NCBI GenBank assembly: GCA_034408725.1
Contig: JAWXCN010000020.1
Coordinates: 1-18,724 of the forward strand
Direction: 5' to 3'
Length of the DNA stretch: 18,724 nucleotides
Origin: Candidatus Hydrogenedentota bacterium
Lineage (GTDB): Bacteria; Hydrogenedentota; Hydrogenedentia; Hydrogenedentales; SLHB01
The position numbers and the translations under genes were made by a program. The notes beneath the pieces were generated by a model. That model did not search any database. It was not told the DNA's origin and saw only the letters and a program-made list of their open reading frames with translations. This document shows, piece after piece, positions 1 through 7,123 of the stretch (positions within the stretch are counted from its first letter, which is position 1; each line of letters opens with the position of its first letter).

Positions 1-418
1 CTTCGCCCTGTTCCTTTCCGTCGGATTTAGATGGGTCCGTGTCATCGACGAGGTGGGGCAGCACTTCGTATACCACTTTAATCTTGCTGATAGCTTCGCG
101 CGCGGCTTCTTCCGAGCTCGCTGCGACGGAGGCAATGATTTCTCCTGCGTAGCGAACTTCATTGTCAGGAGCCGCAGTCCCGATCTCACCACGCGCTTCT
201 ACTACGCCAGGGACTTTTTTGGCTTCGTCAAAATTGATGGAAGAGACTTTTGCCGCGGCGTGCGGCGAACCCAACAGCCGCACGTAAAGCATGCCCGGAC
301 GATTCATGTCGTAGGCGTACTTCGCGTGACCGGTGGACTTAGCCGGGCCGTCGAGGCGGCTGATGCGCTTGCCCATGAGCGCCATTTTATTGGCAGCGGG
401 CCATGCGTTCTTAGCCAT
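1..418 (-). CDS. Xanthine dehydrogenase/aldehyde oxidase family molybdopterin-binding subunit, N-terminal part (runs off left edge)
   Basis: Not in the ORF track. Manual translation from ATG at 418: MAKNAWPAANKMALMGKRISRLDGPAKSTGHAKYAYDMNRPGMLYVRLLGSPHAAAKV...VPGVV...VRYAGEIIASVAA...IKVVYEVLP, matching the a/b hammerhead N-terminus (RxDG..K.TG.A.Y..D...PGML...SPH). TAATG stop/start overlap with the upstream 2Fe-2S gene. Confidence 0.92.
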   Translation of the reverse strand, partial: MAKNAWPAANKMALMGKRISRLDGPAKSTGHAKYAYDMNRPGMLYVRLLGSPHAAAKVSSINFDEAKKVPGVVEARGEIGTAAPDNEVRYAGEIIASVAASSEEAAREAISKIKVVYEVLPHLVDDTDPSKSDGKEQGE

Positions 419-1038
419 TATGCGCCTCCTTTCGCGACCTGAAGCATCGCCTCAGTGATACCCGCGTATGTGCCGCAGCGGCAGAGGTTGCCGCCAAGGC
501 CCGCGCGCACGTCTTCCAACGTCGCTTTGGGATGTTGTTGAACGAATGCTGTACACGCGACGACGAAGCCCGGCGTGCAGAACCCGCATTGTTGCGCGTC
601 ATGTTCGACGAAAGCCGATTGAATCGCGCTCATCTTCTCCGGCGATCCAAGGCCTTCAACCGTTGTGATTTTGTGGCCCTGCGCTTCGATGGCCAACAGC
701 GAGCACGCATAGATCGCTTTGCCATCGAGCAGCACCGTACACGCGCCGCACGTCCCGCGGTCGCAGACCTTCTTCGCGCCGGTAATGTCGAGTTGGTTGC
801 GCAACGCATCCAGCAACGTCACGCGAGGTTCGACATTGAGGGATTTCGCCTCGCCGTTAATGTCGAGTTTGATGGGGACGGGACCGGGGCCCACAACGGC
901 CTTTTCCTGCGCGCTCGCGACGGGCGTGTCCGTCGCCTCCCGCACCAGACCCGTCGCAGCGGCGCCGGCACTGACGGTTTTGAGGAAACCGCGCCGTGAC
1001 AAGCCCGAGCGCGTCTTCCCCGTGTCATCCATTGGCAT
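418..1038 (-). CDS. (2Fe-2S)-binding small subunit of a xanthine-oxidase-family enzyme with Tat signal (PaoA/YagT-like)
   Basis: SRRGFLK Tat motif; CDRGTCGACTV, QCGFCTPG and GNLCRCG Fe-S motifs; AAGGAG RBS at 1046-1051 (- strand). Confidence 0.95.
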   Translation of the reverse strand: MPMDDTGKTRSGLSRRGFLKTVSAGAAATGLVREATDTPVASAQEKAVVGPGPVPIKLDINGEAKSLNVEPRVTLLDALRNQLDITGAKKVCDRGTCGACTVLLDGKAIYACSLLAIEAQGHKITTVEGLGSPEKMSAIQSAFVEHDAQQCGFCTPGFVVACTAFVQQHPKATLEDVRAGLGGNLCRCGTYAGITEAMLQVAKGGA

Positions 1039-1044
1039 AGAGAA

Positions 1045-1137
1045 ACTCCTTCACCGTTGAACGAACGATTTACACCCTGTGCGCGACAGGCCTTCCCCGA
1101 ATCAGGCGCAGCCCGCATCGCAAACCGATGACGGAGT
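1045..1137 (-). promoter_or_regulatory. Candidate structured 5' leader sequestering the RBS of the molybdoenzyme operon
   Basis: ACUCCGUCAUCG can pair with CGGUGAAGGAGU (11/12 pairs, includes the RBS). Inner stem CGGUUUGC/GUAAAUCG. Hairpins CCUGU/ACAGG and CGGGC/GCCUG. Folded by eye only. Confidence 0.4.
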
Positions 1138-1159
1138 GGAAGGTTGTGCCGCGAGTATC

Positions 1160-1188
1160 AACGTAACATCATGCGGGGCGGCTTGCAA
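1160..1188 (-). promoter_or_regulatory. Putative sigma70 promoter for the molybdoenzyme operon
   Basis: - strand TTGCAA-N17-TACGTT with an extended -10 TG. Confidence 0.5.
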
Positions 1189-1191
1189 GAG

Positions 1192-1325
1192 GGTTGATGT
1201 AGCGCTGAATCCCGATTCGGCGCACGTCGCACAGCTGGACCTCGAGATACAGGGGTCCTGTGCGAAGGTTTAGGCTGCGGGAAGCCGTCTAAGTCCGTCG
1301 ACGTCGCTACTGAAGGAAACCAACC
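1192..1325. repeat. Cluster of inverted repeats (REP/REPIN-like element or structured RNA)
   Basis: Hairpin GCGCTGAATC/GATTCGGCGC (1202-1223) starting in a GTAG. Hairpin TCGCACA..GGACCTC/GGGGTCC TGTGCGA (1227-1265). Outer complementary pairs GTAGCG/CGCTAC and GGTTG/CAACC. Confidence 0.45.
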
Positions 1326-1343
1326 ATTGGAGGGCCCTTAATA

Positions 1344-1352
1344 TGCTATATT
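1344..1352 (+). promoter_or_regulatory. Putative extended -10 promoter (TGcTATATT) for the micro-ORF pair
   Basis: TGnTATATT just upstream of the GGAGG RBS (1360-1364) and ATG 1367. Confidence 0.45.
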
Positions 1353-1366
1353 CAGGCACGGAGGCC

Positions 1367-1573
1367 ATGATGAGTATTTCTAGCGCTCGCGAGCATGAAG
1401 AAAGTAAATTGGAGTGGTTGAGAGACGATTTAAATGCCGGCATGGACGAACTCAAGCGCGGCAACTATACTGAATACAATGAAAAATCTTTGCGGGAGTG
1501 CTTTGATTCGCTTATAGCAACGCTTCCCCAAAAGGGGCAAAAAATAGTCAAGAAATGTGCGCGTGGTAAATGA
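1367..1573 (+). CDS. Small protein resembling the C-terminal (toxin-binding) half of ParD-type antitoxins
   Basis: GGAGG RBS. REHEESKLEWLRDDLNAGMDELKRGNYTEY resembles the 'KL..LR..I..G......G' C-terminus of ParD/CC2985-family antitoxins. No RHH N-terminus. Confidence 0.55.
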   Translation: MMSISSAREHEESKLEWLRDDLNAGMDELKRGNYTEYNEKSLRECFDSLIATLPQKGQKIVKKCARGK

Positions 1574-1596
1574 CTACTCGAAAGCCCGGAGCTGCT

Positions 1597-1722
1597 ATGA
1601 AAACCGCCGACATTAGGAAGCAGATTGCCATCGGTATCCGCCAAGCCAATCGTGGCGAACTGATTGACGGAAAAACCGCATTCCGGGAGCTACGAGCGCG
1701 AGCGCGAAAGCGCAATAAGTAA
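1597..1722 (+). CDS. 41-aa peptide resembling a ParD-type antitoxin C-terminus
   Basis: Below the ORF-track cutoff. GGAG RBS at 1588-1591. MKTADIRKQIAIGIRQANRGELIDGKTAFRELRARARKRNK* resembles the 'I.IGI.QA.RGELIDG...F..LR' antitoxin tail. Confidence 0.55.
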   Translation: MKTADIRKQIAIGIRQANRGELIDGKTAFRELRARARKRNK

Positions 1723-1726
1723 ACCC

Positions 1727-2452
1727 ATGATCAGGTACTATCCATATCGCACAATACTTTTCGTCGGTTTAATTGTTGTCACTCATTTAGGTCCGCTCAC
1801 GGAATCAATCGCGTCGGAATTAAATGAAAGTGACCAGCAAAAGATTATAGCTGTTCTGGGCAATCAGTTGGCCGATGTTACTGTCAGAGACCTTGAGAAA
1901 ATGACAATAATTTATAAAAAGTTGCCGGGCTTCGACCTTTTCTTGCAGGATTTGGTCTCGGACGATACGCAAAAAACAGTTACCCGCGAAAGAGCCACTG
2001 TCTGGCTCGGGGTGACCAAGGACAAGACAAACGCCGGATTTTTGTTGGAGCATTTTAAGGCTCTCATGGCTATGTCGAGTTCGAAAAAAGTTGATACTAA
2101 CGTATCTGACCAGAGCACTCTCGTAGCGCAAGATATTGAGGTCTTAATTGGCGCAACGATAATCGGAATGGCACGTGCCGGACAACCGGAACTGGCCCCT
2201 GAATTGATAAAAATTGGAAGCCCCGAATATTGGGCGGATTGCATTTTTAGCGCGTCAGCAATTAGAGGATTTCAAAGACTAGCCTTTGAAGCTTTAGCGG
2301 AATCAGGTTCGGATGAAGCCGTGAAATTTTTCGCCGAAAAGAAAAATCGACCCGGCGAAATTGAATCAGTTGACTCCTGGAATGAGCGACTTAAGAGAGC
2401 GCAACTTAGTAGAGAACTAGCGGTGACAACCGCAATTAATTCCCAAGAATGA
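1727..2452 (+). CDS. Hypothetical exported alpha-helical (HEAT/PBS-lyase-like) protein
   Basis: Long ORF in AT-richer DNA. From ATG 1727 there is a hydrophobic signal-like N-terminus (TILFVGLIVVTHLG). HEAT-like segments RERATVWLG and RLAFEALAESGSDEAVKF. Confidence 0.65.
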   Translation: MIRYYPYRTILFVGLIVVTHLGPLTESIASELNESDQQKIIAVLGNQLADVTVRDLEKMTIIYKKLPGFDLFLQDLVSDDTQKTVTRERATVWLGVTKDKTNAGFLLEHFKALMAMSSSKKVDTNVSDQSTLVAQDIEVLIGATIIGMARAGQPELAPELIKIGSPEYWADCIFSASAIRGFQRLAFEALAESGSDEAVKFFAEKKNRPGEIESVDSWNERLKRAQLSRELAVTTAINSQE

Positions 2453-2552
2453 ACTAATCCCGTAATGTGTCTGTCCAGTGCAGTGCTTATTCCTTGACCC
2501 ACCCGCCAACCCCCACTACAATCCAACGTGCTGCAACCAAGGACCTGCGCAC

Positions 2553-3620
2553 ATGGAACTATTCCGCCAAACCATCCGCTTCATCGACGAAGGCCGGCGC
2601 TTTGCCTTCTCCGCGGTCATTCGCGCATCGGGCTCCACTCCGCAGAAGGCCGGCGCAAAAGCCCTGTTCGAAGCCGAAGGCGCCATTCACGGCACCCTCG
2701 GCGGCGGTTGCCTCGAAGCGGAATCGCGCAAACGCGCCCTCGACGCGCTCGACAACGGTCGCGCCTTTGCGTTCGATCTCAATCTCAATGAAGACTACGG
2801 CTGGGACGACGGCCTCATCTGCGGTGGAAAAGTCCGCGTGCTCGTAGACCCAAATCCCGCGCGCCACCGCGAGGCATTCGCAGCAGCAGCCGACGCTATC
2901 GACAACGGCCACCGCGGCGCGCTCCTGCTCAAAATCCCGATGGACGGCAACGTCGAATCGCGTTGGGTGCCCGAAGCGGAGATCGAATCGTATTACCCAT
3001 TTCCCGGTTCCGCCGAACTCTGCGCGTGCCTCAAGTCGACAATCCCGTCTTATTGCGTCGAACAATCCACCGACGGCGAAATGATCGCCGAGGTCTACAT
3101 CGAACCCGTGGAACCAGCCCCCGTGCTCTTAATCGCCGGTGGCGGGCATGTCGGCCAAGCCGTCGCAAGACTCGGCGCGTGGCTGGGCTTCGACGTGACC
3201 GTCGTCGATGATCGCGCGATATTTTCTGATGCCGCGCGCTATCCGGAAAACGTCAGAACGATTTGCGGCGACATCTCAAAAGTCTTCGCGTCGTTTCCCA
3301 TCCATTCGAATACCTACATCGTTATCGTCACCCGCGGACATCGCCACGACGGCGTCGTCTTGAAAGAATGCATCCATTCGCCTGCGCGATATCTCGGCAT
3401 GATCGGCAGCAAGCGCAAAGCCCACATCATCCGAGAAGGTTTCCTCCGCGACGGCATCGCCACGGAAACCGACTTTGCCCGCGTCCATTCGCCCATGGGC
3501 CTCGACATCGGCGCGCTGACTGTGGAAGAAATCGCAATGAGCATTGTGTCCGAACTCGTCGCGGCCCGCCGCAGACGCAGCGGCGCGGCCAAACCGCTCA
3601 CGGTATACACCACCGCATGA
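2553..3620 (+). CDS. xdhC: XdhC/CoxI family Moco chaperone (xanthine dehydrogenase accessory factor)
   Basis: GSTPQKAGAK, GTLGGGCLE, GLICGG, IAGGGHVG, VTRGHRHD, YLGMIGSKRK and PMGLDIGA.T.EEIAMSI motifs. Likely start ATG 2553. Confidence 0.93.
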   Translation: MELFRQTIRFIDEGRRFAFSAVIRASGSTPQKAGAKALFEAEGAIHGTLGGGCLEAESRKRALDALDNGRAFAFDLNLNEDYGWDDGLICGGKVRVLVDPNPARHREAFAAAADAIDNGHRGALLLKIPMDGNVESRWVPEAEIESYYPFPGSAELCACLKSTIPSYCVEQSTDGEMIAEVYIEPVEPAPVLLIAGGGHVGQAVARLGAWLGFDVTVVDDRAIFSDAARYPENVRTICGDISKVFASFPIHSNTYIVIVTRGHRHDGVVLKECIHSPARYLGMIGSKRKAHIIREGFLRDGIATETDFARVHSPMGLDIGALTVEEIAMSIVSELVAARRRRSGAAKPLTVYTTA

Positions 3621-4237
3621 TAGGCGCGATCATACTTGCCGCCGGCGAATCCCGGCGCATGGGAAAACAGAAACTGCTCCTGCCCTACGCGGGAAAAACC
3701 GTCGTCGAACATATCGTCGATCAGGTGCTCGCCAGCGAAGTGGACTCCACCGTCGTCGTCACGGGCCACGATCGCGACGGCGTGATCCGCGTACTGGCCG
3801 ATCGCGAACTAACTTTTGCGCACAACTCCCGCTACACCGAAGGCATGCTCACGTCGATCCGCGTCGGGCTTGCCGTGTTTCCCCCGGACCTCGAAGCCTT
3901 CCTCGTCGTGCTCGGCGACCAACCGAGCCTTACGCCCGCCATCATCAACGCCCTCATTGAAGCCTTTCGCCGCGAGCCCCAGGGCATCATCGTCCCCTTC
4001 CACGACGACGACACCGGCCACCCCGTGCTCATCGCATCAAAATACCGCGAACAAGTCATGACCCAGTTCGACGACACCGGCCTCCGCGGCCTCATCTACG
4101 GCCGCCCCGATGAAGTCGTCAAACTGCCTATCGGCACCAGCGATGTGCTGAGGGATATGGACACGCCAGAGGACTACGAGCGTGAACTGAAGTTTCAAGA
4201 CTCGGCGCCATTGCGCGATCAACACAAAGGCGTGTAA
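3617..4237 (+). CDS. mocA: Molybdenum cofactor cytidylyltransferase (MocA-like nucleotidyltransferase)
   Basis: ILAAGESRRMGKQKLLLP, GMLTSIRVGL, LGDQP, GHPV and DMDTPEDY motifs. ATGA overlap with the xdhC stop. Confidence 0.9.
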   Translation: MIGAIILAAGESRRMGKQKLLLPYAGKTVVEHIVDQVLASEVDSTVVVTGHDRDGVIRVLADRELTFAHNSRYTEGMLTSIRVGLAVFPPDLEAFLVVLGDQPSLTPAIINALIEAFRREPQGIIVPFHDDDTGHPVLIASKYREQVMTQFDDTGLRGLIYGRPDEVVKLPIGTSDVLRDMDTPEDYERELKFQDSAPLRDQHKGV

Positions 4238-4243
4238 TTTTAA

Positions 4244-4615
4244 CCCGGATTTCCCATTTGAAGAAGTCATCTTCAGATCCGCTGGTATCGTTTAACCCTA
4301 TGAATAAAGGGTGTTCTCAAGGTGATAGTACACAACAGCAGAAAATCAAATGGGTGAAACGAAAAAGAGCGCCTTACGCGTCGGTTTGACCGAAGTCTGA
4401 AGCTGGAGTTTCATGGTTCGAAGATAACGAGCGATGCAGGATTGTTGGCGTATCGCGAGCTGGATGACGCATTGGGATTGACGGTGATGGCGGAGGACAT
4501 CTTCGACGATTGGCGCACAGGAGAGAATACTGGTCTTGAACTCGTCAGTGTGTGTCTCGATAATGGTGAATAACGCGCCCGTGGTGGTTACGGGCGTCCA
4601 TATGGGAAATGTCGG
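4244..4615 (+). mobile_element. Internally deleted IS1380-family element (non-autonomous remnant, about 370 bp)
   Basis: Imperfect terminal inverted repeats CCGGATTTCCCATTTG (4245-4260) and CATATGGGAAATGTCGG (4599-4615) flanking a transposase 5' fragment. Confidence 0.75.
4350..4531 (+). pseudogene. IS1380-family transposase N-terminal fragment, frameshifted and truncated
   Basis: [12 protein letters not shown], then a 1-nt deletion near 4387, then [65 protein letters not shown] is characteristic of IS1380 transposases. Confidence 0.88.
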
Positions 4616-4658
4616 CTGAATACGATACCGAATAAAACCCTAGAAGGAGTTGTAACCT

Positions 4659-4967
4659 ATGAGTGATGGAATCAACGTATACAAGAAATACTCGGATATG
4701 TACAAGAAATACTTGGATCAGCCGATACTATTTGGGATGTGGGTGACACTGTCCTTTTCTATTGTCTCTTTAGCCACAGCACTTGGGATTTTCCTGTCAA
4801 CGGAAAACTTCGGCAAAGGAATCACGCAACGGGATGGTATTGTGTGTGTCGTGTTGATGTGCATCATCGTGGTGTTTTTCCTGTGTACCATTCAAATTGC
4901 AAAGACCATGCGGAAACAGGCCATCCGGGCGGTACATTATTCCGATGAGGGCAAAATCGACGACTAA
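4659..4967 (+). CDS. Hypothetical two-TM membrane protein
   Basis: AAGGAG RBS; two hydrophobic segments; N-terminal YKKY(S/L)D duplication. Confidence 0.6.
   Translation: MSDGINVYKKYSDMYKKYLDQPILFGMWVTLSFSIVSLATALGIFLSTENFGKGITQRDGIVCVVLMCIIVVFFLCTIQIAKTMRKQAIRAVHYSDEGKIDD
4680..4718 (+). repeat. Tandem duplication with 21-bp period
   Basis: TACAAGAAATACTCGGAT (4680-4697) and TACAAGAAATACTTGGAT (4701-4718), 17/18 identical. Confidence 0.85.
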
Positions 4968-5163
4968 ATACTTCGCCCTCGAATTCTACATCCTTCATAC
5001 AGCTTGAATCGAAACGTGAAACTGAGCTTACCCCCATATATATTGTGACAGTTATCGGCCCTATCCTGTTCCCGCGACGATCGCGGGGTTTGTGTGGCTG
5101 GTCTCGTGGCGGCTGTGGAACCGTAAACCGCGCTACAATCATGCTCTGATGGAGGAAGTAGCT

Positions 5164-5364
5164 ATGCGAATAGAGATTGAACGTGAAACTGACGATCGTT
5201 GGATCGCGGAAGTCCCTGATCTGCCGGGAGTGATGGCGTACGGAGGATCACGCGAGGATGCTATCGCAAAAGTAGAAGCGCTCGCGCTTCGTGTTATCGC
5301 CGACCGCCTGGACCATGGGGAGGCTGTACCCGAACTTCGAGAACTGTTTGCGCTGTCGGTATGA
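5164..5364 (+). CDS. hicB: Type II antitoxin HicB family
   Basis: MRIEIERETDDRWIAEVPDLPGVMAYGGSREDAIAKVEALALRVIADRLDHGE is a short HicB fold. GGAGGA upstream and TACAAT at 5134-5139. Confidence 0.9.
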   Translation: MRIEIERETDDRWIAEVPDLPGVMAYGGSREDAIAKVEALALRVIADRLDHGEAVPELRELFALSV

Positions 5365-5559
5365 CCCAGTGGCCTTCAACGAAAGCGAAACTTGTGCATT
5401 GGTTGGTCAATCAAGCGCGAAGGAGCGAGTTCACACCGGGTGCTGTGTAGACCACAATGGGAAGATTTTGTGTTTGCCTTTCATGATGGGCAAGAAATTG
5501 GGCCAAGAATGCTAGCCTGAATTGCAAAACGAACGGGCCTTAAGCCTGAAGACCTTTAG
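5361..5559 (+). pseudogene. hicA: HicA toxin pseudogene (deletion/frameshift plus in-frame TGA)
   Basis: ATGA overlap with hicB. MTQWPSTKAKLV, frameshift near 5397, IGWSIKREGASSHRVLCRPQWEDFVFAFHDGQEIGPRMLA*IAKRTGLKPEDL*. Confidence 0.87.
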
Positions 5560-5561
5560 CC

Positions 5562-5795
5562 ATAATCAACGGACACGACCGTATCGTGCTCACCAAAGAC
5601 ATTCCAGCCGAATCCCTCCAATCCGGTGATGTCGGCACGGAAATCCATATCCACGGCGATCACGCCGCCTACGAGGTGGAGTTCATAGCCCTGACAGGCG
5701 ACACTGTAGAAGTTGCAACGGTACTCCCATCGCAATTGCGTTCAGTTTGCCGAGAAGATATCGCGCACCCGCGCTCAACAGTAGTTGCGCCTTGA
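5562..5795 (+). pseudogene. DUF4926-domain protein, probably degenerate (expected start reads ATA)
   Basis: (I)INGHDRIVLTKDIPAESLQSGDVGTEIHIHGDHAAYEVEFIALTGDTVEVATVLPSQLR matches the DUF4926 pattern. An in-frame GTG at 5586 could still yield a shorter product. Confidence 0.72.
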
Positions 5796-6019
5796 TTTCC
5801 GGCGATATCTCGTTTTTGCCTCCCTTATTTTAATCAATCACCCTTTGTTTCGCGCGACTACATCACGTAGTCACGGCCGTGCCCGCAGTGCAACGCACTG
5901 GTCTATTAAGTGAGCCGCAAAGGTTGTCACGCCGCAAGGAATCTGTTTAAACTCCTTTGGGGTGGGAATCTCGCTCTATTCCTCACAAACTTGGGGCGAA
6001 CAAGACGGGGAGAAGAACT

Positions 6020-7111
6020 TTGAGTAGGTTTATTGGACTTCTGACGTTATCGATATTCACGTGTACCACCATCGCGTTCGCCCAGATCGAGCGCAATCCC
6101 GAACGCGACAACATCGAAACCTACCGCGTCTTCGGTCCCGAGCACCCGGGCTTGTACAAACACCCGGCTTCCATCACTGAACTCGCCAACGGTGACCTAT
6201 ACATCGCCTACTACGGCGGCGCGGACGAATATGCCACCGACACGGCCGTCTATGGCTCGCGCCAGAAGAAGGGCGACACGCTATGGACCATGCCGGAAGT
6301 CATTGCCGACACGCCGGACCACGGCGACGGCAACCCCGTTATCTGGCAGGCGCCGGACGGTCTGGTCTGGCTTTTTTATAACAACATATACGGCACCACC
6401 TGGTCGGACGGGCGCGTCCTCGCGAAGATTTCCAAAGACGGCGCAATGACGTGGTCGGACTCGATTGTCATCAACTTCGAACGAGGCTCGATGGTCCGCG
6501 GCCAGCCGATTGTCCTGAACTCCGGCGAGTATCTACTGCCGTTGTATCACGAAACCGGCGGGGATACCGAAATGACCGCCTCGGACACCATGTCCTATTT
6601 CATGCGGTATAACCCGAAGGACAAGACGTGGACGGAAAGCAGCCGGATCAAGTCAGCCAATGGCAACCTTCAGGCGCAGGTGGTTCAGATCGACGACAAT
6701 TACCTCATCGCCTATATCCGTCGCGGCGGAAATTTTCTTCCGACCGAACACGGGTACGCCATCCGCTCCGAGTCGCGCGACGGCGGTCATACCTGGAGCG
6801 AAGGCGTCGATACGCCGTTCAAAAACCCGAATTCAGCGCTCGACTTCATCAAGCTGAAAAGCGGCAACCTGCTCATGGTCTACAACGATAACATGAACGA
6901 GCGCACCCCGCTGACCATCGCCATCTCGACCGACAACGACAAGACGTGGGCGCATTCGCGCAACATCCTCGGCGGAGACAACACCTTCGCCTATCCCTAC
7001 GCCATCCAGCGAAGCGACGGCAAAATCTGCATCATCTACACCACCAACGCCCGCACAACGATCATGATGAGCGTGTTCAACGAATCGGCGATTATTGAGT
7101 CGAAGTGGTAA
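6020..7111 (+). CDS. Secreted BNR/Asp-box beta-propeller protein (exo-alpha-sialidase-like)
   Basis: Signal peptide from TTG 6020 (GGGGAG RBS). Asp-boxes SKDGAMTW, SRDGGHTW and STDNDKTW. RTPL and AYPY motifs. Confidence 0.87.
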   Translation: MSRFIGLLTLSIFTCTTIAFAQIERNPERDNIETYRVFGPEHPGLYKHPASITELANGDLYIAYYGGADEYATDTAVYGSRQKKGDTLWTMPEVIADTPDHGDGNPVIWQAPDGLVWLFYNNIYGTTWSDGRVLAKISKDGAMTWSDSIVINFERGSMVRGQPIVLNSGEYLLPLYHETGGDTEMTASDTMSYFMRYNPKDKTWTESSRIKSANGNLQAQVVQIDDNYLIAYIRRGGNFLPTEHGYAIRSESRDGGHTWSEGVDTPFKNPNSALDFIKLKSGNLLMVYNDNMNERTPLTIAISTDNDKTWAHSRNILGGDNTFAYPYAIQRSDGKICIIYTTNARTTIMMSVFNESAIIESKW

Positions 7112-7123
7112 GGGAAAATTTGT

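Noticed and set aside
3263..3616. N-terminal extension of the 324-aa ORF overlapping xdhC
   Set aside because: MocA homology starts at ATG 3617; the extension is an off-frame shadow of xdhC.
5013..5192. 13-bp direct repeat AACGTGAAACTGA (5013-5025 and 5180-5192)
   Set aside because: Only two copies, one inside hicB; no element is bounded by them, so chance is plausible.
4244..5800. Possible integron cassette array (small genes and TA modules, tyrosine recombinase in window)
   Set aside because: No RYYYAAC...GTTRRRY attC structures were found. The recombinase is a housekeeping XerC next to purK and lacks the IntI-specific insertion.
5835..6010. Several short hairpins upstream of the BNR gene (GACTAC/GTAGTC, CAGTGC/GCACTG)
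   Set aside because: Stems are about 6 bp and match no riboswitch consensus I recognise.
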